From assembly GCA_900553395.1 (NCBI GenBank), contig USDJ01000002.1, positions 66,525-130,524 on the forward strand: a stretch of DNA of 64,000 nucleotides, in the 5' to 3' direction. A program made the translations under genes and the position numbers. Below are positions 17,253 through 27,816 of the stretch, one piece after another. How positions within the stretch are numbered: position 1 is the stretch's first letter; each line of letters opens with the position of its first letter. The notes beneath the pieces were generated by a model. The model searched no databases, was not told the DNA's origin, and worked only from the letters and a program-made list of their open reading frames with translations. Origin of the DNA: an uncultured Mycoplasmatota bacterium (GTDB lineage Bacteria; Bacillota_I; Bacilli_A; RF39; UBA660).

Positions 17253-20052
17253 GAAATTAAAAAAAGTTTGGAATAATGATCCTAAAAACATCTTAGTTCC
17301 AGTTCTAAGTATTATTATATTTATTGTATCTTCCTTTTCGATAGGTATTGTAAAAGGATTAATCATATTTCTTATTATAAATATAATATACTTTTTACCA
17401 ATGCTAATATCAAAAGGTAAGAAAAACTCTACTAAGAATGAAAAAGAAAAAAAGAAGAAGAAAAGGAAAACATTAAAAATATTATTACTAATATTATTAT
17501 TCTGCTTTATTTTAGGAATTATAACTATAATACTTTTCTTCTCTTACGTAGTTATGAAAGCACCTAATTTTGATCCAGATGCATTATATGTAACTGATCC
17601 TTCTATAGTTTTAGATAAAGATGGAAAAGAAATTGGAAAATTAGGTTCAGAAAAAAGAGTAACTATTTCATATGATGAAATACCTGAAGTATTAATAGAC
17701 GCTATTATTGCTACAGAAGATTCTAGATTTTTTGAACATAATGGTGTCGATTGGGCTAGATTTTTAAAAGCATCTGCATATCAATTAGTCGGAAAAAGTG
17801 GTGCTGGTGGAGCCTCTACTCTTACTATGCAGCTTTCAAAAAACACATATACTTCAACTGAAGATACAGGTATCGAAGGAATAATAAGAAAATTTACAGA
17901 CGTATATGTTTCTATGTTTAAGATAGAAAAGAGCTACACTAAAGAGCAAATACTAGAATTTTATGTTAACTCTCAATACTTAGGTAAACAAGCCTATGGT
18001 GTTGAACAAGTATCACTTAACTATTTTGGTAAAAGCGCTAAAGATTTAAATTTAGCAGAAGCAGCTATGATAGCTGGATTATTCCAAGCACCTGGAAGAT
18101 ATGATCCTTATAAAAATCCAGATGCTACAGAAAACAGAAGACAAACAGTACTAAAACTTATGCTAAGACACGGATATATTACTAAGGAAGAATATAACGT
18201 TGCAAAAAAAATGACAGTGGATAAAATTATTATTTCTAAAGAAGAAAATCAATATATATCTAATTCAATTTCACCTTATCAATCATTTATTGATACAGTA
18301 GTTGAAGAAGTTCAAGAAAAAACTGGTAAGAATCCATATAATACACCAATGATTATCTATACAACTCTAAATACTGATATTCAAAATTATTTAAATAATA
18401 TAATGAATAGCACAACATATACTTGGGAAAATGATAAAGTTCAAGCCGGTGTTGCAATAACAAGTATCAGTGATGGTAGTATAGCAGCCATTGGTGGCGG
18501 TAGAAATGTTAATGTAATAGACTCATTTAACTATGCTACTGATATTAAAAATCAAATTGGATCTACAGCTAAACCACTATATGACTATGGTCCTGCTATT
18601 GAATATAACCACTGGAATACATATCAAATTGTTGTAGATGAACCTACTACATATTCTAATGGTACGCCTATTAACAACTGGAATGGCACTTATGAAGGAT
18701 TTGAAACTATAAGAACTGCTTTAAGTGGATCTAGAAATATTCCTGCATTAAAGACTTTTAAATCTGTAGAAAATGCTAATATAATTGAATTTGTTGAAAA
18801 CTTAGGATTAACTCCTTCTATATATTCTTGTAATTCTGGATTTAAATTAGATGGTAAAGAATGTATAGATAAAAGCAATCCAGATAACGTAGTAAGTGCT
18901 AATAAATCAAATAGTCTATTTGAGGCGCATGCTATCGGTGGTTACAACGGTGAATCTCCTCTTACAATGGCTGCAGCCTACTCTTCATTTGGACGCGAAG
19001 GAACTTATATTAAACCTTATTCATTTACTAAACTTGTTTATCAAGACACAAATGAAGAATTTACAAATGATATTGAGAAAAACGAAAAAGCTATGTCCCC
19101 AGAAACAGCTTATATGATAAGCGATATGTTGGTTACAACAGCTCCTAGAGCCTTACTTAGATATTACAATATAAATGGTGTCAGATATGCTGCTAAAACA
19201 GGAACAACTAACTTTTCAGATGAAACATTATCAGCTCATGGAATTCACGATTCAGATGCAGTTAACGACTTATGGGTAGTCGGATTTAACACCGAATATG
19301 CAATAGGCCTTTGGTATGGTTATAACTCTGTAAGTGGTGAATATTATAATAAAATGAGCAGAGGTCAACATTTAAGATTATTCCAAGCCATTGGTAAAAA
19401 AGTATTTACAAATAACGCATATTTTAAAAAACCTAGTGGAGTATTAGAAATTGAAGTGGAATCAGGTTGTCCTGAAGCTATGCTTCCAAGCGAATTTACA
19501 CCAAGCGATTTAAGGCAAACTGAATTATTTATTTCTGGTTATGAGCCTACTACTACATCTCCAAGATTTGAAAAACTTAAAGATGTATCTAATTTAAAAG
19601 CTAACGAATCAGATAATACAATTAAATTAAGCTGGGATCAAGTTAAAACGCCTGATATTAATACTCAAAGCTATTTGAAAGAGTATTTTAGAAAAGTATT
19701 CTTAAACGATAATTACTTAAATAGTTTTGTTTCAGCTAGATTAAACTACAATAATTCATATATAGGAAATATAGGATATAATATTTATTTAAAAGATAAC
19801 AATGGAAAATTAACTTTATTAGACTTTACTTCTAATAACAAATATGAATATAAAGCAAAAGAGGCTGGTGATTATACTTTCGTAGTTAAAACTGCTTATA
19901 GTATATTTAAAGCAAATATGAGCGATGGAAAAACAGTTAATGTTAAGGTTTCTAGTGCTATTATTCCTGAACCTGATGATCCTGATAAGAATCCAGACGA
20001 TAATAACAATCCTATAAAGCCTACAAATCCTGTCAAGCCTGCAACAAGTTAA
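17227..20052 (+). CDS. ponA: Class A penicillin-binding protein 1A (transglycosylase/transpeptidase)
   Basis: GT51 motifs (EDSRFFEHNGVD, GASTLTMQL), transpeptidase STAKP/SGSRN/KTGTT; Lys-rich N-terminal tail with two hydrophobic segments and a Pro/Asp-rich C-terminal tail. Confidence 0.85.
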   Translation: MKKKKNAVKKLKKVWNNDPKNILVPVLSIIIFIVSSFSIGIVKGLIIFLIINIIYFLPMLISKGKKNSTKNEKEKKKKKRKTLKILLLILLFCFILGIITIILFFSYVVMKAPNFDPDALYVTDPSIVLDKDGKEIGKLGSEKRVTISYDEIPEVLIDAIIATEDSRFFEHNGVDWARFLKASAYQLVGKSGAGGASTLTMQLSKNTYTSTEDTGIEGIIRKFTDVYVSMFKIEKSYTKEQILEFYVNSQYLGKQAYGVEQVSLNYFGKSAKDLNLAEAAMIAGLFQAPGRYDPYKNPDATENRRQTVLKLMLRHGYITKEEYNVAKKMTVDKIIISKEENQYISNSISPYQSFIDTVVEEVQEKTGKNPYNTPMIIYTTLNTDIQNYLNNIMNSTTYTWENDKVQAGVAITSISDGSIAAIGGGRNVNVIDSFNYATDIKNQIGSTAKPLYDYGPAIEYNHWNTYQIVVDEPTTYSNGTPINNWNGTYEGFETIRTALSGSRNIPALKTFKSVENANIIEFVENLGLTPSIYSCNSGFKLDGKECIDKSNPDNVVSANKSNSLFEAHAIGGYNGESPLTMAAAYSSFGREGTYIKPYSFTKLVYQDTNEEFTNDIEKNEKAMSPETAYMISDMLVTTAPRALLRYYNINGVRYAAKTGTTNFSDETLSAHGIHDSDAVNDLWVVGFNTEYAIGLWYGYNSVSGEYYNKMSRGQHLRLFQAIGKKVFTNNAYFKKPSGVLEIEVESGCPEAMLPSEFTPSDLRQTELFISGYEPTTTSPRFEKLKDVSNLKANESDNTIKLSWDQVKTPDINTQSYLKEYFRKVFLNDNYLNSFVSARLNYNNSYIGNIGYNIYLKDNNGKLTLLDFTSNNKYEYKAKEAGDYTFVVKTAYSIFKANMSDGKTVNVKVSSAIIPEPDDPDKNPDDNNNPIKPTNPVKPATS

Positions 20053-20053
20053 A

Positions 20054-20092
20054 AAATGCGGAGGAAATTAATCCTTCGCATTTTTATTTTTA
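20054..20092. terminator. Bidirectional Rho-independent terminator between convergent ponA and nth
   Basis: aaatgcggagg-aaattaat-ccttcgcattt hairpin at 20056-20085 with T-runs on both sides; the nth stop codon lies in the loop. Confidence 0.55.
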
Positions 20093-20694
20093 TATGTACA
20101 AATATTTTTTAATTTACAATTACTACATAATGGATTTTTAGATTTGCAATAGTATCTACCAAATAATACTAATTGATGATGTAGCCTAGCTAAGTTTTCT
20201 TTAGGAAATTTCTTATTTAGTTTTCTTTCTATAACTAAAACATCGTCGCTAGGTTTAGCTAGTCCAAGCCTTTTACTAACGCGGGCTACGTGAGTATCAA
20301 CGGCTATACAGGGTACATTATATAAATTAGCTAACACTACATTCGTAGTCTTTCTTCCTACACCCGGTAATGATTCTAAATATTTTCTATCGTTTGGAAC
20401 AATTCCATTTTGATTAACAAGTAAATCATTTGATATTTTTATTATATTTTGAGCCTTTTTATTAAAAGTCCCAATTGGTCTTATTATCTTTATAATATCG
20501 TTAATATCTGCTGAAGCCAGCTTATTTAATGTATCATACTTATTAAATAAAATACTAGTAACCATATTTACTCTCTTATCAGTAGTTTGTGCACTAAGCA
20601 TTACAGCAAGTAATAATTCATAATCTTTACTATAGTTTAGCTCACAACGAGGGTCAGGAAATAATGACTCCAAATAGTTAATTATCTCTATCAT
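20068..20694 (-). CDS. nth: Endonuclease III
   Basis: HhH-GPD with LPGVGRKTANVV and a C-terminal 4Fe-4S cluster motif (C-x6-C-x2-C-x5-C). Confidence 0.85.
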   Translation of the reverse strand: MIEIINYLESLFPDPRCELNYSKDYELLLAVMLSAQTTDKRVNMVTSILFNKYDTLNKLASADINDIIKIIRPIGTFNKKAQNIIKISNDLLVNQNGIVPNDRKYLESLPGVGRKTTNVVLANLYNVPCIAVDTHVARVSKRLGLAKPSDDVLVIERKLNKKFPKENLARLHHQLVLFGRYYCKSKNPLCSNCKLKNICTYKNKNAKD

Positions 20695-21316
20695 TTAACC
20701 AATCATAATCAAAAAGCTCTTTATTTTTTATATTGTTATTTTTAAATTGCTTTCTTTCTCTTTCTACATCTTCACGAGTTTTTATACCTTTTTTACCCCA
20801 TTCAAATATTATTTTATCTATATATCTTAAGTTACTTACTCCATTATATATTGCTTCTTTTAAGGCTAATTTAATTAACTCTTCACTACATCCACTGGAA
20901 ATCCATCCATTAATTATTTCATATTCCATAGGTGATAATGTTCTTCCAAACTCCGTTTCAAACATAGAAAATAAGTTATCATTTTTCTTTTCATCTACTT
21001 CATTTAATGAAAAAGCAAGCTTTTCATAAAGATAATCTAAATTAATTACTTCACATCTAATATTATTTATCTTCTTTAACTCTACTTTAAGTATCCCTTT
21101 TTCACTTAAAGAATTAACCATTTCTAGTACAGTATTTAATTCTAGTTTTAAATCATTAGATATTTGTTTTGGATTATATATATTGCTACTTTGATTTATA
21201 AAATATATAACTAGTATCATTTCACTATCTGTAATATTTAATTTTTTATAATTAAACATTAATTCTCTAGGAATCTGAAAATTAACACTTTTTAATAATT
21301 CTATTATTTGATTCAT
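20678..21316 (-). CDS. dnaD: DnaD domain replication initiation protein
   Basis: DnaD-like N-terminal and C-terminal domains; conserved dnaD-nth adjacency as in B. subtilis. Confidence 0.65.
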   Translation of the reverse strand: MNQIIELLKSVNFQIPRELMFNYKKLNITDSEMILVIYFINQSSNIYNPKQISNDLKLELNTVLEMVNSLSEKGILKVELKKINNIRCEVINLDYLYEKLAFSLNEVDEKKNDNLFSMFETEFGRTLSPMEYEIINGWISSGCSEELIKLALKEAIYNGVSNLRYIDKIIFEWGKKGIKTREDVERERKQFKNNNIKNKELFDYDWLNDRDN

Positions 21317-21372
21317 AAAATCACCTACATAAATTATATATTAATTATTTTGTTTAAGCAATATTTAACAAT

Positions 21373-21400
21373 AAAAAGTGGCGATTATTTACCACTTTTT
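21373..21400 (-). terminator. Intrinsic terminator overlapping the tig stop codon
   Basis: aaaagtgg/ccactttt stem with the TAA in the loop, followed by TTTTATT on the minus strand. Confidence 0.4.
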
Positions 21401-22659
21401 ATTGTATCAAATGCTTTTCTAACTTCTAGATCATATTTAATATAATCTATATTTTCTCCATATTGTTTCTTTACTTCTTCTCTAGTCATATTATATTTTT
21501 TAGCTATTTCGTCTATTTCAGCATCTACTTCATCTGAACTAACTTCTATTTTTTCTTGTTTAATTATTTCTTCTATAATTAATCTATATTTAACTCTCTT
21601 TAAAGCCTCTTCTTTATATTGCTCTTTTAATGCTTCCTTATTTGAATTTGTGAATTGATAAAATTGCTCTAGAGAAATACCTTGCATTTTAATATGTTCT
21701 CCAAATTGTTCAACCATTCTCTCAGCTTCATCATTAACCATAGTTTCTGGAACATCTATTTCTGTAGATTTTGAAATTTCTTCTAATAAGTCATCTATAT
21801 ACTTATCTTCTGCCTTAGTTGTTTTACTAGCAGTAATATTCTCTTTAACTTGATTTTCTAGAGCTTCTTTAGAATCAATACCTTCCATTCCTAGATCTTC
21901 AAAGAATTCTTTATCTAATTCTGGAACTTTAACTGCTTTAACCTCGTTTACTTTAACCTTAAAAACTACTGGTTGTCCTTTTAATTCCTCTGAATGATAA
22001 TCTTCTGGGAATGTAACATTAATATCTTTGCTTTCTCCGGCTTTCATACCAATTAGTTGCTCTTCAAATCCTGGTATAAATGTATTTGATCCTATTTCTA
22101 AAGAATAGTTTTCTCCTTTTCCGCCTTCAAATGCAACTCCATCTTTAAATCCTTCAAAATCTATTACAGCTACGTCTCCATTTTCAACAGCACCATCTTT
22201 TACAACATTTTCTTTATAATGCTCTCTCATATGGTTAATAGCCTCTTCGATTTCTTCTTTTGTAACTTCTATTTTGTCTTTTTTAACTTTTAAGCCTTTA
22301 TATTTACCTAATTTAACTTCTGGTTTTAAAGTTATAGTAAATACATATTCTATATATTTTTCATCTATTGATCTTATATCTAAAATTGGTTGAGCAGCAA
22401 TCTCAAGATCTTTATTTTCTTCTAACATCTTATTATATGCAGCTTCTACACAATAATTTGAAGCATCCATAAATAATGATTCTACTCCATAATGTTTTAA
22501 ATAAATATCCTTAGGTGCTTTACCTGGTCTAAATCCTGCTATTTTAGCTTTAGCATTTGCTTTTTTAAAAGCTTTATCTAATGCATCAGACCATTCTTTA
22601 CCTTCTATTTTTATTACTATTTCTTTTAAATTTTTGTTTTTTTCCATAATTACCTCCAA
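21385..22659 (-). CDS. tig: Trigger factor
   Basis: Ribosome-binding GFRPGKAP motif, central FKBP-like domain, 424 aa. Confidence 0.9.
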   Translation of the reverse strand: MEVIMEKNKNLKEIVIKIEGKEWSDALDKAFKKANAKAKIAGFRPGKAPKDIYLKHYGVESLFMDASNYCVEAAYNKMLEENKDLEIAAQPILDIRSIDEKYIEYVFTITLKPEVKLGKYKGLKVKKDKIEVTKEEIEEAINHMREHYKENVVKDGAVENGDVAVIDFEGFKDGVAFEGGKGENYSLEIGSNTFIPGFEEQLIGMKAGESKDINVTFPEDYHSEELKGQPVVFKVKVNEVKAVKVPELDKEFFEDLGMEGIDSKEALENQVKENITASKTTKAEDKYIDDLLEEISKSTEIDVPETMVNDEAERMVEQFGEHIKMQGISLEQFYQFTNSNKEALKEQYKEEALKRVKYRLIIEEIIKQEKIEVSSDEVDAEIDEIAKKYNMTREEVKKQYGENIDYIKYDLEVRKAFDTIKSGK

Positions 22660-22788
22660 TACCTATATAGTATATAATAAATCTTTTAATTTAGCAAGAA
22701 ATATTAGTTGTTTTTTACCTTTTGATTCTTGAAACATCTCTAGTACCATATTTAAACAAATTACTACTAAAATGTTTTGAATAATATT

Positions 22789-23424
22789 CTAGTAATTTTT
22801 TTTCAAATTTATTAATGCTTCCTCATAATCTTGACTAGTAATATAATTTCCAACAACACATATATCTGCTTTAGTGCATTGCTTGATTGTTACATCATTT
22901 ATTCCGCCATCTACTTCTATTAAATAATTATATCTTTTACTTTCTCTTAAATTATATAATTGATCTATTTTTTTTACACTATCTTCTATAAAAGCTTGAC
23001 CTCCTCGTCCTGGCTCTACACTCATAACAAGCACAACATCAACAAAATCTAAATATTTAACTATTTCGCTTACGTCAGTAGAAGGCTTAATTGAAAGTCC
23101 TACTTTTATACCTTTTTCATGAATATAGTTAATTACACTTCCAACTTCACTTACTGCTTCATAATGGAATGTAATAAAATCTGGATTTAATTTAGAAAAC
23201 TCATCAATATATTTTTTTACATCACTTACCATCAAATGAACATCTCTTTTGACAGTTGTATATTTTATGATTTCATAAAATTCATCAACTGAATAAGTTT
23301 TATTTTCAACAAATACCCCATCCATAACATCTAGATGAATATAATCTATATCTAAATTACAAAGTTTTGTTGTCTCCTCACATTTTGGTTCTTTAATATT
23401 TAATATAGATGCAGCTAATTTCAT
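22789..23424 (-). CDS. rpe: Ribulose-phosphate 3-epimerase
   Basis: SILNIK.....DIDYIHLDVMDG...H.MV and VDGGIN motifs. Confidence 0.85.
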   Translation of the reverse strand: MKLAASILNIKEPKCEETTKLCNLDIDYIHLDVMDGVFVENKTYSVDEFYEIIKYTTVKRDVHLMVSDVKKYIDEFSKLNPDFITFHYEAVSEVGSVINYIHEKGIKVGLSIKPSTDVSEIVKYLDFVDVVLVMSVEPGRGGQAFIEDSVKKIDQLYNLRESKRYNYLIEVDGGINDVTIKQCTKADICVVGNYITSQDYEEALINLKKNY

Positions 23425-24257
23425 AATTCACCTTTCCCTATAAACTTTAAGTAGTTTTTATATCTACTTTCAAGTATCTTACCACTAGTAACCATTTTCT
23501 TTATTCCACAATTTACTTCATTTAAATGCATACAATCTCTATATTCACAATCAGATTTAAATTGATTAAATTCCCTAAAATTATCTCTTATATCTTGTGC
23601 ACTCATTCCCTTAAAATCAATTGAAGAAAATCCAGGAGTATCTGCAATTAGTCCACCTAATACTTCAATTAGTTCTGTATGCCTTGTTGTATGTCTACCT
23701 CTCCCAAGCGCAACGGATACTTCACCTATTTTTAAATTTAAACTACTATCAAGGATATTTAATAGTGAACTTTTACCAGCACCACTCTGCCCTGCAAATA
23801 CGGTTACCTTGTCCTTAAATATTTCTCTTAAAGACTCATCTGTATTATTATATACATCAAATCCTATAGATTTATAATATTCTTCTATTTTAAATATTTC
23901 TTTTTTATCTTCTTCATCTAATAAATCGAGCTTAGTAAAGCATATAATAGGCTTTATATTATTATATTCTATTATATTTAAAAGCTTATCTAATAGATTT
24001 GAAGAAAAGTCTGGTATCTTTACACTTGTAACTATAACAACTTGATCTACGTTAGCTACGCTTGGCCTTGTTAATTCATTTTTTCTATCTAGTATATCTA
24101 AAATATATTTATTTTCTATATCTATATTTACATTATCGCCAACAAGTGGAGTTATATCTAGCTTTCTAAATTTTCCTCTTGGTTTACAAATATAAGTTAA
24201 ATTGTCAACCTTAACAGTATAGTCATTACTTATCTGTTTTATTATTTTTCCAATCAT
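23421..24257 (-). CDS. rsgA: Ribosome small-subunit biogenesis GTPase RsgA
   Basis: Circularly permuted GTPase (FTKLDL, GQSGAGKSSL, DTPGF) and a C-terminal zinc-finger Cys cluster. Confidence 0.85.
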   Translation of the reverse strand: MIGKIIKQISNDYTVKVDNLTYICKPRGKFRKLDITPLVGDNVNIDIENKYILDILDRKNELTRPSVANVDQVVIVTSVKIPDFSSNLLDKLLNIIEYNNIKPIICFTKLDLLDEEDKKEIFKIEEYYKSIGFDVYNNTDESLREIFKDKVTVFAGQSGAGKSSLLNILDSSLNLKIGEVSVALGRGRHTTRHTELIEVLGGLIADTPGFSSIDFKGMSAQDIRDNFREFNQFKSDCEYRDCMHLNEVNCGIKKMVTSGKILESRYKNYLKFIGKGEL

Positions 24258-24258
24258 T

Positions 24259-26001
24259 CTAGCCCTCAGTCTTTGTAGTATTTTTATTTAAATCTGCAGT
24301 TGAATCACTATTCTTTGAGTTAGTGGCTACAGTAATTGTGATACTAGAACCAATCTTTACCTCATCGCCTGCAGATCTAGATTGAAGTATTATTGCCCCT
24401 TCTTTGTAATTGTTATCTTCTTCCATTTTAAATATACAATTGATTTTATTATCATCACAGAATTGTTGAACTAAATCCTTAGTATAAGATCCATCAGTAA
24501 AATCGGGATAAACAGTTATTAAAGTTGCATAAGTAAGTTCTATAACTCCATTATTTTTTTGAAGTCTTTTACCCTCTTCAACGCTTTGTGATACTATCGT
24601 ATTTTCGTCTATCTTATCATCTTTTGTAACCTTAGATGGAGTTAAAACTACTCTAATACCTTCAGATTCTAATTCTGCTTTTACTACATCAAGCTTTTTT
24701 CCAACATAATTTTCAACTAAAATTGTATCTTCAAATGAAGTTACCTTTAAATTAACAGTATTTCCTTCTTTTACTTTAGTTGATTCTCTTGGAGTTACAG
24801 AGATAACTACATCTTCATCATAATCTTCATCATAAACATATTTTACTGAACAAATCAATTTTTTAGCCTCGATTTTTTTACAAGCGTCACGTTCAGATAA
24901 TCCGACTAAATCGCTAGGAACCTTTACTTCTTTATTTGTATCAGTACTATAAATTAAGATAAATATAAGTCCAATTAAAGTTATACTTACACAAGCAATT
25001 GCTGCTATTTTTAAAGCAATATTAATTTTCTTATCTTCCTTTTCTTCTTCTAAAGATTCATCTGAAACATTCAAATCTTTATTTTTAGATTCTCTAAGTT
25101 CTAATTTACTTATATTTTTAGATTCTTCTAAATTATGTTCAGAATATTTATAAACGATTCTTTCTTCGTGCGCTCTTTCCTCAGATAGGCAAGTTTTTAA
25201 ATCATTATACATTTCAGTTACTGAATCATACCTATTCTTTGGATTTTTAGCACATGCCTTTAAGATAATATTTTCAACACTCATAGGTATTGATGGATTA
25301 ATATCTACAACACTAGGAATTGGATCTCTCATATGTTTAATAGCTATTTCAACCGCATTATCTCCTTTGAATGGAACTTTACCAGTCAATAATTCAAACA
25401 TCAATATACCTAATGAATAAATATCACTTTTAATTGTAGATCCATTACCACTAGCCTGTTCTGGTGGTAAGTAATGAACAGAGCCCATTACTGAATTTGT
25501 CTGAGTAAGCTCGTTACTATTTAAAGCCATAGCTATTCCAAAATCTGTTATTTTCACTCTTCCATCTTCTAAGATCATTACATTTTGAGGCTTTATATCT
25601 CTATGAATTATATAACTATCGTGTGCACATGCAATACCACTAGTTAATTGCAACATAATATCTATTGCCTCAGTTAAGTTAAGTGCACCACGCTTTTTTA
25701 TAAGATTTTTTAAGGTTTTACCATTTACGTATTCCATTACTATGAAGTATTTACCGTTATCTTCTCCTACATCATACATTTCAACAATATTAGGATGTCT
25801 TAACGAACTAGCAGAATTAGCTTCTCTTTGAAATCTTCTTACAAATTTTTCATCATCAGCCAAATCTCCTCTTAAGACTTTAACGGCTACTTCTCTTTCT
25901 AGAATAGTATCCCAAGCTAAATAAACATTAGCCATTCCACCTTCGCCTATAGATTTAATAATCTTATAACGATTATCAATTAATTCCCCTTTATTAATCA
26001 T
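24259..26001 (-). CDS. prkC: Ser/Thr protein kinase PrkC with extracellular PASTA repeats (start corrected to the ATG overlapping the stp stop)
   Basis: Hanks kinase motifs (GEGGMANVY, HRDIKPQN, DFGIA), a TM segment and three PASTA-like repeats. ATG 26001 has the strong SD GAGGGAGGA and forms an ATGA overlap with the stp stop. Confidence 0.85.
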   Translation of the reverse strand: MINKGELIDNRYKIIKSIGEGGMANVYLAWDTILEREVAVKVLRGDLADDEKFVRRFQREANSASSLRHPNIVEMYDVGEDNGKYFIVMEYVNGKTLKNLIKKRGALNLTEAIDIMLQLTSGIACAHDSYIIHRDIKPQNVMILEDGRVKITDFGIAMALNSNELTQTNSVMGSVHYLPPEQASGNGSTIKSDIYSLGILMFELLTGKVPFKGDNAVEIAIKHMRDPIPSVVDINPSIPMSVENIILKACAKNPKNRYDSVTEMYNDLKTCLSEERAHEERIVYKYSEHNLEESKNISKLELRESKNKDLNVSDESLEEEKEDKKINIALKIAAIACVSITLIGLIFILIYSTDTNKEVKVPSDLVGLSERDACKKIEAKKLICSVKYVYDEDYDEDVVISVTPRESTKVKEGNTVNLKVTSFEDTILVENYVGKKLDVVKAELESEGIRVVLTPSKVTKDDKIDENTIVSQSVEEGKRLQKNNGVIELTYATLITVYPDFTDGSYTKDLVQQFCDDNKINCIFKMEEDNNYKEGAIILQSRSAGDEVKIGSSITITVATNSKNSDSTADLNKNTTKTEG

Positions 26002-26732
26002 AAATCCTCCCTCATCAAGCAAGCTATTGATATATTATCATTTCCGCCACGATTATTAGCCTTAAATACAAGTTTTTCTAATTTGTCTTTTAATGATAAT
26101 TTTTCACTTAAAACCCTCGATATTTGATTATCATCTAACATATTTGTAAGTCCATCACTACATAGAAAAATTCCATCTACATTAATATCAACGTTAAATA
26201 TATCCATCTCTACGTTAGTGCTGCTACCTAATGCTTTCATTAGTACATTCTTTTTAGGATGATTCTTAGCTTCCTCTAAAGTTAGTTCACCACTTTTTAC
26301 AAGTAAATTAACTAAAGTATGATCAATAGTTATTTTTTGTATTTTGCCGTTTTTATAAATATACCCAGATGAATCTCCTATATTTCCTATAAGTAAAAAT
26401 GAAGGTGTCAAAATAGAAAGAACTATAGTAGTTCCCATTCCCTGACTTTCTGGATGCTCTGAAACATATTTAAATATAGCAACATTTGCTTCACTTACAG
26501 TGCTTTGAATCCAGTTTATAGCATCTTCTTTATTACCTACACTACTAATACTTTTAAATCTATCACATATTAGTTTAAGAGCCAAATGTGAAGCTATTTC
26601 ACCATCTTTATGTCCACCCATACCATCAGCTACTATGAGTAGTTTCTCATTCATACCATTTTCGCAAATACAAACACTGTCTTCATTTCTTTCTCTAACT
26701 TTACCAGGGTCTGTTATATAGTAATATTCCAT
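25998..26732 (-). CDS. stp: PP2C-family Ser/Thr phosphatase Stp/PrpC (start at the internal ATG with a strong SD)
   Basis: PP2C motifs (RERNEDS, ADGMGGH, DGLTN); AAGGAGG lies 6 nt upstream of ATG 26732. Confidence 0.8.
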   Translation of the reverse strand: MEYYYITDPGKVRERNEDSVCICENGMNEKLLIVADGMGGHKDGEIASHLALKLICDRFKSISSVGNKEDAINWIQSTVSEANVAIFKYVSEHPESQGMGTTIVLSILTPSFLLIGNIGDSSGYIYKNGKIQKITIDHTLVNLLVKSGELTLEEAKNHPKKNVLMKALGSSTNVEMDIFNVDINVDGIFLCSDGLTNMLDDNQISRVLSEKLSLKDKLEKLVFKANNRGGNDNISIACLMREDL

Positions 26733-26733
26733 T

Positions 26734-27756
26734 TTATTCCTCCTTATAATGTGAACGCAATTGTCCACAAGCAGCATTAACTTTACTACCAAATTCTCTT
26801 CTTATAGTAACACCAATATTATTTTTCTTAAGTGTATCATAAAATTTTATAATTGAATCTTTACTACTTTTTTTATACTCTATATGAGTTGTTTCATTGT
26901 ATGGTATCAAATTAACATAGCAATTTAATCCTTTAAGAAGATTGCTTAGTTCATTTGCACACTCAAAAGAATCATTAACGCCATCTAGCATAATGTATTC
27001 AAATGTAACTCTCCTATTAGTTTTTGAAATATAATATTTAACTGCAGATATAATATCTTCTATTTTATAAGCTTTATTAATATTCATAATTGAATCCCTA
27101 ATTAAATTATTAGGTGCATGAAGACTAATCGCTAAATTAACTTGCTTTCCACACAAAGCAAATTCTCTTATTTTAGGCACTATTCCACAAGTTGATACCG
27201 TTATGTGTCTACTTCCTATGTCTAAACCTTTTCCACAATTTACAATATTAATAAACTTTATTACATTTTCAAAATTATCAAACGGTTCACCAATACCCAT
27301 TAAAACAATATGAGATATCTTTGATTTTATATCATCTTCTACCATAAGTATTTGTTCAATCATCTCGTGTACTTCAAGATTCCTAACTTTTTTAAGTCTA
27401 CCACTTTCACAGAATTTGCATCCCATATTGCATCCTACCTGAGTTGAAATACAAATACTAGTTCCATAATCATGATACATTAATACTGCTTCAATCAGTT
27501 CTGAATCATTAAGCCTAAATAAATATTTATTAACATCAACGTCTTTTCTTTTATCTACTAGTTCTAAATCTTCAAAATAGAAATCTTGTTTTAAATCACT
27601 TATTGTTTTTTTAGATACATTAGTAATAAGATCAAAATCTTTTACCCTCTTTTTATACACCCAATCAAATATTTGTGATGCTTTAAATTTTTTTTCGTTT
27701 TTATCAGTAAAATATTTTTCTAATTCTTCTAAAGTTATTCCATATATACTTTTCAT
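26734..27756 (-). CDS. rlmN: 23S rRNA/tRNA adenine-C2 methyltransferase RlmN (radical SAM)
   Basis: CxxxCxFC radical SAM motif (GCNMGCKFC) and a C-terminal CGQL motif; conserved rlmN-stp-prkC-rsgA-rpe synteny. Confidence 0.85.
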   Translation of the reverse strand: MKSIYGITLEELEKYFTDKNEKKFKASQIFDWVYKKRVKDFDLITNVSKKTISDLKQDFYFEDLELVDKRKDVDVNKYLFRLNDSELIEAVLMYHDYGTSICISTQVGCNMGCKFCESGRLKKVRNLEVHEMIEQILMVEDDIKSKISHIVLMGIGEPFDNFENVIKFINIVNCGKGLDIGSRHITVSTCGIVPKIREFALCGKQVNLAISLHAPNNLIRDSIMNINKAYKIEDIISAVKYYISKTNRRVTFEYIMLDGVNDSFECANELSNLLKGLNCYVNLIPYNETTHIEYKKSSKDSIIKFYDTLKKNNIGVTIRREFGSKVNAACGQLRSHYKEE

Positions 27757-27816
27757 AATTACACCTATAAAGATTATATCAAAATTTAAATAAAATTAAT
27801 AGTTATTTAATTGTTT

